Notes: generated from the letters alone by a model not told the origin. Counted from the first letter of the stretch, positions 8,628 through 20,006 are shown. The stretch: DNA of 64,000 nucleotides from Clostridia bacterium (GCA_036654095.1 JAVVSR010000008.1:6878-70877); one strand, 5' to 3'. Translations and numbers: made by a program.

Positions 8628-9488
8628 ATGGATATATTTAAAAAATTTATGCTCGCCGACAAAACGGTGATGGTGAGCGTAATTTCTGCTAAAGATATGG
8701 TAGATAAAGCAATTAAATTACACGGACTTTCCCGCACTGCTTCCGCGGCGCTTGGGCGAACATTGATAGTTGGAGCTTTTATGGCGGAACAGTTAAAAAG
8801 CGAAACTCAACGGCTAACAATTACCGTAAATGGCGGCGGAGGGTTGGGGCGATTAGTTGTATGTGGCGAGTACGGTTGCAAGGTTCGCGGATATGTTGAA
8901 AATTCAAATTTCGAGTTACCGCTAAATGCAAATGGCAAGCTGGACGTAGGTGGCGCGGTTGGTAAAAACGGCTATATAAGCGTTATTAAGGATATGGGAA
9001 TGAAAGAACCATACCTAGGACGTAGCTCACTTGTTGACGGAGAGATTGCAAACGATTTTACATACTATTTTACGGTGTCCGAGCAACAACCGTCGGCAGT
9101 TGCGTTAGGCGTGTTGGTGGGCGATGAGGGTTGCGTTGCAAGTGGTGGTATTATTGTTCAAATTATGCCAAATTGTAATGATTATGTAATTACAATGATG
9201 GAAGATATCGTATCAAATTTTTCAAATATTTCAAGCTTAATGAGTGACTTTACGGTTGATGAAATTATTGAAAAGTACTTTGGACATCTTGATATATTTG
9301 AACTTCCAAGTCAAGTTCCAAAATACGAATGTAATTGTAATCGTGATAGAATTGAAAAAATATTATTGTCACTTGGCAAATCAGAGGCATACGATATTTT
9401 AGCCACAGAAGGCAAAGTTGAACTATGTTGTCAATTTTGCAACACTAAGTATGTTTTTGATGAAAAGGCACTTAAAGCGCTGTTTTAG
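8628..9488 (+). CDS. hslO: Hsp33 family redox-regulated chaperone
   Basis: The Hsp33 N-domain contains AALGRTL. The C-terminal zinc centre is CNCNRDR...CCQFCNTKY (CxC...CxxC). Confidence 0.9.
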   Translation: MDIFKKFMLADKTVMVSVISAKDMVDKAIKLHGLSRTASAALGRTLIVGAFMAEQLKSETQRLTITVNGGGGLGRLVVCGEYGCKVRGYVENSNFELPLNANGKLDVGGAVGKNGYISVIKDMGMKEPYLGRSSLVDGEIANDFTYYFTVSEQQPSAVALGVLVGDEGCVASGGIIVQIMPNCNDYVITMMEDIVSNFSNISSLMSDFTVDEIIEKYFGHLDIFELPSQVPKYECNCNRDRIEKILLSLGKSEAYDILATEGKVELCCQFCNTKYVFDEKALKALF

Positions 9489-9514
9489 GCTGATAAAATA
9501 CAAATTGGTAGATA

Positions 9515-11512
9515 ATGACAAAAATAATTAAATTCGAAAATTCAAAAGAAGGAAATCTTCAGCGAGCTGAACAGCTAATGACTTATGGCAGGCCAGTGTT
9601 GGCCGCGGCTATAATTAATCGTATTTTAAAAAATGATGAATTTGACGAAGACGCTTTATTAAAACTTGCTGAAATCTATAATAGTATTTTACAAATTGAT
9701 TTTGCAAATCAAATGTTTTTATATGTTATTGCAAAAAACAAAAGCGTAGTCGCGTTTAAAGGATTGATAGAAAATTTATGCTTGATAGGGAAAATAGAGT
9801 TAGCAAAAAGTTACAACCAAAAATATAAAGTAAACTTTGATTTTAACAATTTTCTAATTGAGTTATGTAACAGTGATGATGACGACGACCAAAAATATAA
9901 AATAAACATCGATTATAACGATTTTATTAGACAGTTATATAACGGCGATGACGACGATAGCGAATGTAACTTTGCTGAATTTTTAAGTGGAATTAAAAAT
10001 CCAGATGGCAATACGGAAATACCCGATAATAATGATTGCTCAAACAGTAAAAACAAACGCAGGTCAAATTTAAAATTAGTTGTGCCTAAACGGTTTCAAC
10101 ACGAAAATAAGCAGGTTGACGAAGGGTCAATAAATAAAGAAATATCTGTTATTATTACAAAATATTTAAACTCAAATAACGACGCCGCTATCAATAGAAA
10201 AAATGACAAATTAAATGCAAGAAAGGTTGGCTTTAAACAGGTTTATCCAATGGCGGCTAAAGAAGCGCAAATTATTTTTGATGAGGGCAAGCAACTGTTT
10301 ATTGAGGGGCAACATTTGTTGGCGTTGGAATGTTTTAATAAAATTTTAAACAATAAATTTTATAAAAGTGACGTCAATAAATACAAAGCGTTGTGCTATC
10401 TTGCGCTTGGAAAATATAACCTTATGCGCGACGAGATAGAGGCTGGTTTGAAAAATACGCCTAATGACTTTTGTTTAAAATGTTACAAGTGTATTGCTTT
10501 AAAACTGCTTGATGAAGACGCGCTCGCCGAAGCCGCTTTTAACGAAATAATCAAGGTTAATCCTAGCGATATTTCGGAAATTATTAATAAACTGGATGTG
10601 TGCAGAATTTTAAATTATCACAAGGGCGTTCTTGATTGCTCGGCGCAAAGTTTAGAAGTTATGCCATACTCGCCAATTTTTTTGCTGTTATATGCAAAGG
10701 CGCTTTTTAACGTAGGCAAAAAAAACAAAGCTATACAAATTTTGAAAGCGCATAGGTTACTTTATCCATATAGTTGGGATGCGTATGTGGTGCTTGAAAA
10801 CATTAAAAATGAGAAGTATAATGTTGTAGATTATGGAGATATGTCGGTGATTGTTTGTCGCGAACTTGCAATGAAAAAATTTATTAATGACCTTAGCAAA
10901 GTTAAGCTAAATGATAATAATTTTTTAAATTGCAAAAATGATAAAACAAATCTTAGATTTATTTTATCCGCGCAAAATATCGATATTAATGACCCAAAAA
11001 ATCTTATTAATATTTTATCTCCATATTTTAGTGAAGGCTTATGCGAGGTTTACGAAGCAATATTGTTGGATAATTCACTTGACTTTAACATTAAAACTGC
11101 GGTTATTCGCAATATGCTTATGCATAAAAATATTTCAGTTATCAAAATTGTTTATGACGATATGTATAAGGAATGTGAAGTTAGCAATTTAAAGCATTAC
11201 GACGATATCCCTCGTATTATTTTGGAAACGTATGGACTATGTTTTGCTAAGTATTTGATAACGGAAGAGAATTTTAGCAAATATATTAATGAATTGAAAA
11301 ATGTTATTGATGAAATAATTTTACGTGTAGATGATTTAGATGAAATCAAATTGGAAATTAGCCGTTTTAGAAAGGTTGAAATATTTTGTAAAATACTTTT
11401 AGAAAAAGTAAACGCTCGTTTACATTGCAGTGATGATATTGAAATTTTGCCACAGCAACGCGCAATTTATTTAAAGTATAAAAAAGTGTTATTTGATTTG
11501 GAAAACAAATAA
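9515..11512 (+). CDS. Tetratricopeptide-repeat protein of unknown function
   Basis: TPR-like helical pairs occur at the N-terminus and at residues ~250-350. There is an internal ~21-aa acidic repeat (KYK.N.D.N.F...L.N.DDDD). No catalytic motif recognised. Confidence 0.6.
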   Translation: MTKIIKFENSKEGNLQRAEQLMTYGRPVLAAAIINRILKNDEFDEDALLKLAEIYNSILQIDFANQMFLYVIAKNKSVVAFKGLIENLCLIGKIELAKSYNQKYKVNFDFNNFLIELCNSDDDDDQKYKINIDYNDFIRQLYNGDDDDSECNFAEFLSGIKNPDGNTEIPDNNDCSNSKNKRRSNLKLVVPKRFQHENKQVDEGSINKEISVIITKYLNSNNDAAINRKNDKLNARKVGFKQVYPMAAKEAQIIFDEGKQLFIEGQHLLALECFNKILNNKFYKSDVNKYKALCYLALGKYNLMRDEIEAGLKNTPNDFCLKCYKCIALKLLDEDALAEAAFNEIIKVNPSDISEIINKLDVCRILNYHKGVLDCSAQSLEVMPYSPIFLLLYAKALFNVGKKNKAIQILKAHRLLYPYSWDAYVVLENIKNEKYNVVDYGDMSVIVCRELAMKKFINDLSKVKLNDNNFLNCKNDKTNLRFILSAQNIDINDPKNLINILSPYFSEGLCEVYEAILLDNSLDFNIKTAVIRNMLMHKNISVIKIVYDDMYKECEVSNLKHYDDIPRIILETYGLCFAKYLITEENFSKYINELKNVIDEIILRVDDLDEIKLEISRFRKVEIFCKILLEKVNARLHCSDDIEILPQQRAIYLKYKKVLFDLENK

Positions 11513-11690
11513 ATTAAAAAAGTAAAAATATTGGAAGTTGTTTTTAATTGGAAATGATATAAATTAGAAAAACCTTATTAAATTTATATAAAATGATAAT
11601 ATAAAACAACTATGATAAAATAGCTTAGGTTTTTGATTAAAATAAATGATTGTATTTTAGCTAGGTAATATTTTTTAAGAAGGTAATAAA

Positions 11691-12533
11691 ATGGAAAAAA
11701 TTGATTTAAACGGTTTATACGAAGATTATTTAAAAAAAGTTGTTAAGGATAATCCTTCAAAATATAGTGATGTTGAGTCGCTTGAAGTTGATATCGGACA
11801 CTTAACTGACTTGTGGGAAAACACGCCAGAATTAAAACTAAATAGCTTGTCCCCGCGCGAATTTGTAGCCGACTTGGCCGTTAAACACGAACTTTATGAC
11901 TATGCAGAAGATTGTTTAGAGGCGGGTTTTGAAGTCGCCGACGTAGTATGTTTTGAATTGTTAAAGCAGCCTGATGTTGAAGAATTTTTGGCGCGGCTGT
12001 TGGTAAGCGAAATCAAAGACGCGCAAATGTTAGGCGCAGTTTTATTGCGTGAAAAAGGTGGCGAAAAGGTAATTAATGTGTTTTTGGAAGCAATTATTAA
12101 TCCTAATTACAATGATGAAGTAAAAAAAATCGCATATGAATTTTTGTGTGAAAGCGAGCCAACAGTTGTAGATAAAATTTTAGCATTAATAAACGATATC
12201 AAGGAAAGCGAGCAGGGTATTTTGGTTGAAATTATGGCTGAATATAAAGGCAATAAAGCAGTTTTCTTTTGGTTGGTAACAATGCTTTTCCGCGCTGAAG
12301 ATGTTGCGCTTTATGCAAAACTTTTAGGCAAATATGAAGACGAAACAGCTATTGATATTTTAAAAAGTTTTGCAACGGATAATGATATTAATTATGTAGA
12401 GTATGTTGAAATTAGAAACGCTGTCGAAAGGCTCGGCGGAGAATTTGACATTGAAAAGGATTTTACAAATGACGAATTATACGCCTATTTAAAAGGAGCG
12501 GATATTACCGACCCCGAAGCCGATGTGCAATAA
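11691..12533 (+). CDS. Acidic helical hypothetical protein
   Basis: A 280-aa ORF with AGAAGG upstream and a strong terminator downstream. The sequence is Glu/Asp-rich and looks all-helical. No family recognised. Confidence 0.55.
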   Translation: MEKIDLNGLYEDYLKKVVKDNPSKYSDVESLEVDIGHLTDLWENTPELKLNSLSPREFVADLAVKHELYDYAEDCLEAGFEVADVVCFELLKQPDVEEFLARLLVSEIKDAQMLGAVLLREKGGEKVINVFLEAIINPNYNDEVKKIAYEFLCESEPTVVDKILALINDIKESEQGILVEIMAEYKGNKAVFFWLVTMLFRAEDVALYAKLLGKYEDETAIDILKSFATDNDINYVEYVEIRNAVERLGGEFDIEKDFTNDELYAYLKGADITDPEADVQ

Positions 12534-12556
12534 ATAAACTTTTTTTAAAATGATTT

Positions 12557-12588
12557 AAACCAACAAATAATTTTGTTGGTTTTTTTAT
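12557..12588 (+). terminator. Intrinsic terminator
   Basis: AAACCAACAAA-TAAT-TTTGTTGGTTT followed by a T-run. Confidence 0.7.
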
Positions 12589-12699
12589 TCGTTACTAAAT
12601 AATAGCTGTCTAATAATAAGTAAATAGGTATATAAATTTTTTTGACATCGATGACGTAATTTGGAGCATTTTTTTGAATAATTTTTCATAGCCTATTAT

Positions 12700-13674
12700 A
12701 TGCGTAATGGTGTAAAATGTGCAAGCGTATTTATAGGTACGGTAATTGGAGCAGGCTTTGCAACCGGACGAGAAGTGGCGCTTTTTTTCAAAGACTGTTC
12801 ACCTTTTACAGGCCTCGTTGCGGGCTTAATACTAGGCGCATTTTGCGCGTTTTTTATGTACATAGGGTATGAAATAAAACAACCTAAACTTGATAATTTT
12901 TTATTACGAAAAAAACCGAAAATTGTCGACGCGATAATTTTCATTTGCGCGTATATAACCTTTATTGCAATGTTTTCAGGCGCAGAAGCTATTGTTATGC
13001 AAATATTCTCAATTCCATTAGCGGGGCTTATGACGGCTGTTATTGCGATTAGTATAGCTGTTTTGGGATTAAAACAAATTAAAATTTTAAACATGGCGGT
13101 TGTTCCATTAATTGTCGCGCTGATACTTGTTATATACTTTAAATACAAACATTTTTCCGCAAGTGGAAACCTAACTTTTTTAAATCCAATAGCGTACTCG
13201 TCGCTAAATATTATGTTGGCTGGGTGCATTATGGTAAGATTAGGCGCGACCTCTACTAAGCGAGAGATAGCTTCGACAGGGATAATGAGCGGATTAATTT
13301 TAGGCACTATGCTTTTTATGATACAGTCAATAGTGCGGTCAAACACCCAATTATCTATGCCTATGTATAGCGTTGCGCAACAGTTGGGAATTGGTAAATT
13401 AGCAGGAGTTTTGATTTTTTTCGCAATACTCACCACGCTTGTATCGGCCGCCGAATTGCTGATATCCGACTTAGAACAGGCCGTCGAAAATCGATGGTTG
13501 GCAGGATTAGTCATTTTAGCGTGCAGTTGGCCGATTTGCATTTTATTTAGTTTTAAACAACTTGTAGATACGCTATATCCGATTGTAAGTGTGTTTGGAG
13601 TTGCCTTGGTAATAGTAACTACAATTCGTTTGGCTGAAAAAAAGTGCTTATCAATAATAAATAAGAAGTTTTAA
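12700..13674 (+). CDS. YkvI-like polytopic membrane protein (putative transporter)
   Basis: The N-terminal FIGTVIGAGFATGREVALFF matches the YkvI-family signature. About 9-10 hydrophobic helices. Confidence 0.6.
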   Translation: MRNGVKCASVFIGTVIGAGFATGREVALFFKDCSPFTGLVAGLILGAFCAFFMYIGYEIKQPKLDNFLLRKKPKIVDAIIFICAYITFIAMFSGAEAIVMQIFSIPLAGLMTAVIAISIAVLGLKQIKILNMAVVPLIVALILVIYFKYKHFSASGNLTFLNPIAYSSLNIMLAGCIMVRLGATSTKREIASTGIMSGLILGTMLFMIQSIVRSNTQLSMPMYSVAQQLGIGKLAGVLIFFAILTTLVSAAELLISDLEQAVENRWLAGLVILACSWPICILFSFKQLVDTLYPIVSVFGVALVIVTTIRLAEKKCLSIINKKF

Positions 13675-13836
13675 TTTGCGCGACGCGGAAAAGGCAAAAA
13701 ATGTTTATTTTATTTAAAAAATACATATGTTAAGTGAAAACTAGATTATACATCAATAGTTTGTGAACAATAATTCAACATTGTATAGCAAAATCGCAAT
13801 ATCCGACAAAATAATTATATAAGTCGACTAAAATAA

Positions 13837-15360
<1,524 letters not shown>

Positions 15361-15367
15361 TATGTAT

Positions 15368-15402
15368 AAGGCACTTTGAAAAAACAAAGTGCCTTATTTT
15401 TT
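15368..15402 (+). terminator. Intrinsic terminator of guaB
   Basis: AAGGCACTTTG-AAAAAA-CAAAGTGCCTT followed by ATTTTTT. Confidence 0.75.
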
Positions 15403-15683
15403 AGCCAAATAGATAATTGGGTTTTATATTTAAAGAAACAATGAAAACAATGAAAACAATGAAAATAATGGCGGAAATAAAATCAATATAGAAGTTATTA
15501 TTTAAATTGCATTTAAATTTATAAAATTTATTATGAAAAAATAGAATATAAAAAGCTATAAAAAATTATTGGGATATAAAACTTATCACAGTTGTTTGAA
15601 ATATGCTAATTTTTAAAAAATATGATACAATATGTATAAGTTAAATTTATACCTTCTGCACAATGCGCGGAAGTGGAGTTATT

Positions 15684-17321
15684 ATGATATATGGAAATAC
15701 TAGTGGAATTAAACGCGTAACGTTAGATATTTTAGAAAGCTTATGCGAAACTTACGATAAACACCTTTTTATTGATAGAGAGGCGCTGAGTACGCTTACT
15801 CAAATAACGGCTAAAATAAATCGAGAATTGTGTGTTTTTATTTCACGCAATGGCATAATTTTATCTGTTGGAATTGGCGACGCTTCAACAGTTGCGTTGC
15901 AGAATATTAATTTAAAGCGCAGCGAAACAAAATTTACAGGTGTAAGATGTATTCATACTCACCCAAGCGGTTCGGGACGGCTGTCTGAAATGGATACTTC
16001 GGCTTTGCAAAATTTAAGGTTGGATTGTATGGCGGCCATTGGTGTTGACCGTGGCGACGCTATTGATATTGAGGTTGCTTATATTAATCGCGACACCATT
16101 GATAAATTGTATTTTTCAAAGTTAGAAAATATAGATGACAGTGTATTGCTAGGCAAGATTGTTGACTATGAGGCAATATCAAGCAAAAAAGTTGAAAATG
16201 AAAACACTGAAGTTAAAGCGAAAAGTGCAATTTTGGTTAATGTATCTATGTCAAATGCGGAAGTCGAAATTGCCGAACTAAAACGATTAGCCGATACAAT
16301 GGGCATAAATGTTGTTGAAAAGGTTATTCAACGACAAGGGGTTGACCGCGCATTCTGCGCGGGACGCGGAAAGCTTGATGAAATTAAGCAACTTGTTCAA
16401 ATTAACCGAGCCGAATTTGTTATATTCAACAATCAATTAACTGGCAGTCAGCTTAACAATATTGAAGAAGTATTGGGGTGTAAGGTTATTGACCGTTCAA
16501 TGTTGATACTTGAAATATTTGCAAAGCACGCCACTACAAACGAAGGCAAATTGCAAGTTGAACTTGCAATGCTAAAATATACATTGCCAAAATTGTTAGG
16601 GCAAGGCAAAGCATTGTCGCGGATAGGTGGTTCGGGGGCTAGTGGTTCGGCCACACGCGGAGCGGGCGAAACAAAGCTTGAAACTGACCGCCGCAAAATA
16701 AAGCGTACGATTTTTGAACTTAATAATAAAATTGAGGAATTAAAAAAAGAGAGGGATTTACGGCGTGAACGCAGGTTAAGGTCGGGCATAAAAACTGTTG
16801 CAATAGTGGGTTATACTAACGCGGGCAAGTCGACGTTGATGAACAATATTACAAAGGCGGGCGTTTTGGAGGCCGACAAGTTATTTGCTACGCTAGACCC
16901 TGTTACGCGCAAGATATTTGTCGATTATAAGCACGAATATCTTTTGACGGATACGGTAGGTTTTATTGACAATCTTCCGCACGAATTTATTGACGCGTTT
17001 AGAAGTACTTTAGAGGAAGCCACCTATGCAGATGTGTTGTTGCACGTTGCTGATTGCAGTAGCAGTGATTTAAAGCGTCAAGAAGATGTTGTTTTAAATG
17101 TATTATCATCGCTTGGAATTAAAGATACGCCAATTATTACAGTATACAATAAAGCGGACTTGGTTGAAAACTTTACAACAGATTTAAAAGATTCGGTGGT
17201 TATCAGCGCAAAACAAGGTACGGGTATCAACGAATTGCGCTCACTCATTATTGAAAAGTTGTTTGGTGATATTTCGGTTAATTATGGCGAGGAAAACAAA
17301 ATTGACAATACGACGATTTGA
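15684..17321 (+). CDS. hflX: GTPase HflX with a ~180-aa N-terminal RadC/JAB-like extension
   Basis: The HflX N-domain, coiled-coil linker and G domain are present (GYTNAGKST, DTVGF, NKAD). The extension carries HTHPSGSGRLSEMD. I prefer the ATG at 15684 (GGAG 6 nt upstream); the track start is 15663. Confidence 0.88.
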   Translation: MIYGNTSGIKRVTLDILESLCETYDKHLFIDREALSTLTQITAKINRELCVFISRNGIILSVGIGDASTVALQNINLKRSETKFTGVRCIHTHPSGSGRLSEMDTSALQNLRLDCMAAIGVDRGDAIDIEVAYINRDTIDKLYFSKLENIDDSVLLGKIVDYEAISSKKVENENTEVKAKSAILVNVSMSNAEVEIAELKRLADTMGINVVEKVIQRQGVDRAFCAGRGKLDEIKQLVQINRAEFVIFNNQLTGSQLNNIEEVLGCKVIDRSMLILEIFAKHATTNEGKLQVELAMLKYTLPKLLGQGKALSRIGGSGASGSATRGAGETKLETDRRKIKRTIFELNNKIEELKKERDLRRERRLRSGIKTVAIVGYTNAGKSTLMNNITKAGVLEADKLFATLDPVTRKIFVDYKHEYLLTDTVGFIDNLPHEFIDAFRSTLEEATYADVLLHVADCSSSDLKRQEDVVLNVLSSLGIKDTPIITVYNKADLVENFTTDLKDSVVISAKQGTGINELRSLIIEKLFGDISVNYGEENKIDNTTI

Positions 17322-17347
17322 TAACTAAAATAAGTATACAAAAAATG

Positions 17348-17370
17348 CTAGGCAAATGCCTAGTTTTTTT
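17348..17370 (+). terminator. Intrinsic terminator of hflX
   Basis: CTAGGC-AAAT-GCCTAG followed by TTTTTTT. Confidence 0.6.
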
Positions 17371-17625
17371 ATGTTGAAATTAACGAGTATAAATCAAAAA
17401 ATATTGCAAATATTTTGAAAGTCAAGATAAGGTCATATATATATTTTAAACTACTAAAACATATTCCGACGGCGCAACTGCGTATGTTATAAATATTCAA
17501 GTTAGCATTATAGATAGGCAAATTAAAAGCAAATTTGCCCAACTTTGGCCCGTTTTTGTATGCCCCTAATCCTCATAATGAGCTCAAAACAATTTAATTT
17601 ATAATTAGATAACTTATTTTACAAA

Positions 17626-17898
17626 TCAATTTGTTGTGCCTTGTTGTATTTTATATAACTTTTCGTGTAGATTAAATGGATATTCGGGCGAATTAAATAC
17701 TTTGGCCCAATCAATAAAATCTTGTTTAGATGTTTCATAGAACTTAGCGATGTACGATAATGTTTCATCATCCATTAAAATTAAATTAGTTTCGTACCTG
17801 CTATAATTTGACCGTGACATATGTGTCCCCTGAGCTACCTCATTTTGAGTATAACCCTTTACCTTACGTATGGTTTTCAACAATTCGCCATACAACAT
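17626..17898 (-). CDS. XRE-family helix-turn-helix transcriptional regulator
   Basis: A 90-aa protein with the HTH_3 pattern LKTIRKVKGYTQNEVAQGTHMSRSNYSRYE. Confidence 0.75.
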   Translation of the reverse strand: MLYGELLKTIRKVKGYTQNEVAQGTHMSRSNYSRYETNLILMDDETLSYIAKFYETSKQDFIDWAKVFNSPEYPFNLHEKLYKIQQGTTN

Positions 17899-18098
17899 AA
17901 TAAGCTCCCCTTTTAAAAAAATATTTATATATTATGATTTGCAAAACGCGCAAATTATAATATTGGAAGTAATGTTTAGCTTCCGCAATATAATTGCGTT
18001 TTTTGCAATCTAAGTATTGAAATTTTGTTATCTTTTGAAATTTAAGTTTTATAGTTTAACTTAAAAATAAGAATGTGTCAAAATATATGTATAGCTTT

Positions 18099-19481
18099 TT
18101 AGTATTCAAGCTCCTTTTCAAAGTAACTTAATAATTGGTCAATAGGAATTCTAATTTGCGCCATACTATCTCGTTCGCGAACGGTTACGCATTTATCTTC
18201 AAGCGAGTCAAAATCAAGCGTAACACAATAGGGCGTTCCAATTTCGTCTTGACGACGATAACGTTTGCCAATACTTCCGCTTTCGTCATAAGTAACGGCA
18301 AATTTTTTGGCAAGTGTACGATATATTTCAGACGCTTCCTCAGTAAGCTTTTTTTGTAATGGAAGTACGGCAACTTTATAGGGCGCAAGCGCGTGGTGTA
18401 AGTGAAGTACTGTGCGTACTTCGCCATCTATTTCTTCCTCGTCATAAGCGTTGCAAAGAAAAGCAAGTAAAGCGCGGTCAACACCTAAAGACGGCTCAAT
18501 GCAGTATGGTACGTAACGCTCGTTTGTAATAGGGTCGGTGTAATCTAAATTTTCGCCGCTTTTTTTTGAGTGACAATTTAAGTCATAATCGGTACGGTCG
18601 GCAACGCCCCAAAGTTCGCCCCAACCAAACGGAAATAAAAATTCAAAATCGGTTGTAGCCAAACTGTAAAAGCTAAGCTCATCCTTGTCGTGGTCGCGAA
18701 GTTTCAACTTTTCAGGGTCAATACCTAAATTTAAAAGCCAATCCTTGCAAAAATTCTTCCAGAAATCAAACCATTTTAAATCTTCGCCAGGTTTACAAAA
18801 AAACTCAAGTTCCATTTGCTCAAACTCACGCGTTCTAAAAGTAAAGTTACCCGGAGTTATTTCATTTCTAAAAGATTTGCCAATTTGCGCAATGCCAAAC
18901 GGAATTTTTGAACGAGTAGTGCGTTGCACATTTTTAAAGTTTACAAATATACCTTGCGCAGTTTCAGGACGCAAGTATACAGTGTTAGCGCTATCCTCGG
19001 TGACACCTTGGAATGTTTTAAACATTAAATTGAATTTTCTAACGCCAGTAAAATCGCTGTTACCGCAAACAGGACATTTGATTTTATTGTCAATTATATA
19101 TTTTTCCAACTGTTCATTTGACCAGCCTGCAATATTTAAATCCAAACCTTTTTTGCTAATATAATCTTCAATTAAGTTGTCTGCGCGATGACGTGACCGA
19201 CAACTTTTGCAATCCATCAACGGGTCTGAAAAACCTGATAGATGGCCACTGGCTTCCCAAACTGACGGATTCATTAAAATTGCGCAGTCTACGCCAACAT
19301 TCAATGGATTTTCCTGAACAAACTTTTTCCACCAAGCGCGCTTTACGTTATTTTTCAGCTCGACGCCTAGCGGACCATAGTCCCAAGTGTTTGCTAACCC
19401 GCCGTAAATTTCACTTCCTGCAAAAATTATACCGCGTCCTTTGCATAACGCAACTAATTTATCCATAGTCAATTTTGCCAT
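18099..19481 (-). CDS. glyQS: Glycine--tRNA ligase (alpha2 dimeric type)
   Basis: A 460-aa protein with class II motifs ([29 protein letters not shown]) and an anticodon-binding C-domain. Confidence 0.93.
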   Translation of the reverse strand: MAKLTMDKLVALCKGRGIIFAGSEIYGGLANTWDYGPLGVELKNNVKRAWWKKFVQENPLNVGVDCAILMNPSVWEASGHLSGFSDPLMDCKSCRSRHRADNLIEDYISKKGLDLNIAGWSNEQLEKYIIDNKIKCPVCGNSDFTGVRKFNLMFKTFQGVTEDSANTVYLRPETAQGIFVNFKNVQRTTRSKIPFGIAQIGKSFRNEITPGNFTFRTREFEQMELEFFCKPGEDLKWFDFWKNFCKDWLLNLGIDPEKLKLRDHDKDELSFYSLATTDFEFLFPFGWGELWGVADRTDYDLNCHSKKSGENLDYTDPITNERYVPYCIEPSLGVDRALLAFLCNAYDEEEIDGEVRTVLHLHHALAPYKVAVLPLQKKLTEEASEIYRTLAKKFAVTYDESGSIGKRYRRQDEIGTPYCVTLDFDSLEDKCVTVRERDSMAQIRIPIDQLLSYFEKELEY

Positions 19482-19511
19482 ATTATTATCTTCCTTAATA
19501 TTAATAGTTAA

Positions 19512-19540
19512 ATTCTATTGGCATTTACGCAAAATGTCAA
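19512..19540 (-). promoter_or_regulatory. Sigma-A type promoter of glyQS
   Basis: On the minus strand: TTGACA (19535-19540), a 17-nt spacer, then TAGAAT (19512-19517). This leaves only a ~25-nt leader, so there is no room for a T-box. Confidence 0.55.
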
Positions 19541-19651
19541 GCAAAAAATGTTGAATATAATAGCTTATTCAATATGTAACATAAAATATGTCTGTTGCGT
19601 ATTGTGAAGTATAGATATTTTATATATCGAAAATTAAAAGGAGGTATAGCT

Positions 19652-19954
19652 ATGAACGGATTATTTGGTGGCTGTGGCGGAGGTTGCGGCGGTGGTTGCG
19701 GCGGCGGTTGTGGCGGTGGTTGTGATTGCATTATATGGATTTTAATCTTATTATGTTGCTGTGGTGGCGGCGGTGGCTGTGGTTGTGGTTGTAACGATAA
19801 TTGTGGCAACGATTGTAACAGAGGTTGTGGCAACAGTTGTGGCGGTGGCTGCGGCGGTGGCGGTGGTGGTTGCAGTTGTATGTTACTTATACTTATGCTG
19901 TTATGTTGCGGCGGTTGCGGAAACAGTTGCGGTTGCGGATGTGGCTGTAAATAG
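19652..19954 (+). CDS. 100-aa extremely Gly/Cys-rich small protein with two hydrophobic segments (possibly YjcZ-like)
   Basis: The ATG lies 7 nt after AAAGGAGG and a terminator hairpin lies ~30 nt after the stop. The sequence is MNGLFGGCGGGCGGGC...IIWILILL...MLLILMLL...CGCGCGCK. Confidence 0.6.
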   Translation: MNGLFGGCGGGCGGGCGGGCGGGCDCIIWILILLCCCGGGGGCGCGCNDNCGNDCNRGCGNSCGGGCGGGGGGCSCMLLILMLLCCGGCGNSCGCGCGCK

Positions 19955-19980
19955 TCAAAAAAACAACAAAGTACTTATTA

Positions 19981-20006
19981 AAAGAGAGGCATTCGCCTCT
20001 CTTTTA
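19981..20006. terminator. Intrinsic terminator after the Gly/Cys-rich gene
   Basis: GAGAGGC-ATTC-GCCTCTC flanked by AAAA upstream and TTTT downstream. Confidence 0.65.

Noticed and set aside
12696-13541. 281-aa ORF on the minus strand
   Set aside because: It lies entirely antisense to the YkvI-like membrane protein gene. It has no SD, and its Ile/Ala/Asn-rich composition is typical of a shadow frame of a hydrophobic gene.
19482-19651. Expected T-box riboswitch upstream of glyQS
   Set aside because: A consensus promoter sits only ~25 nt from the SD region. No specifier-loop, AGAGA or T-box (TGGTACCGCG-like) sequence is present, and the leader is far too short.
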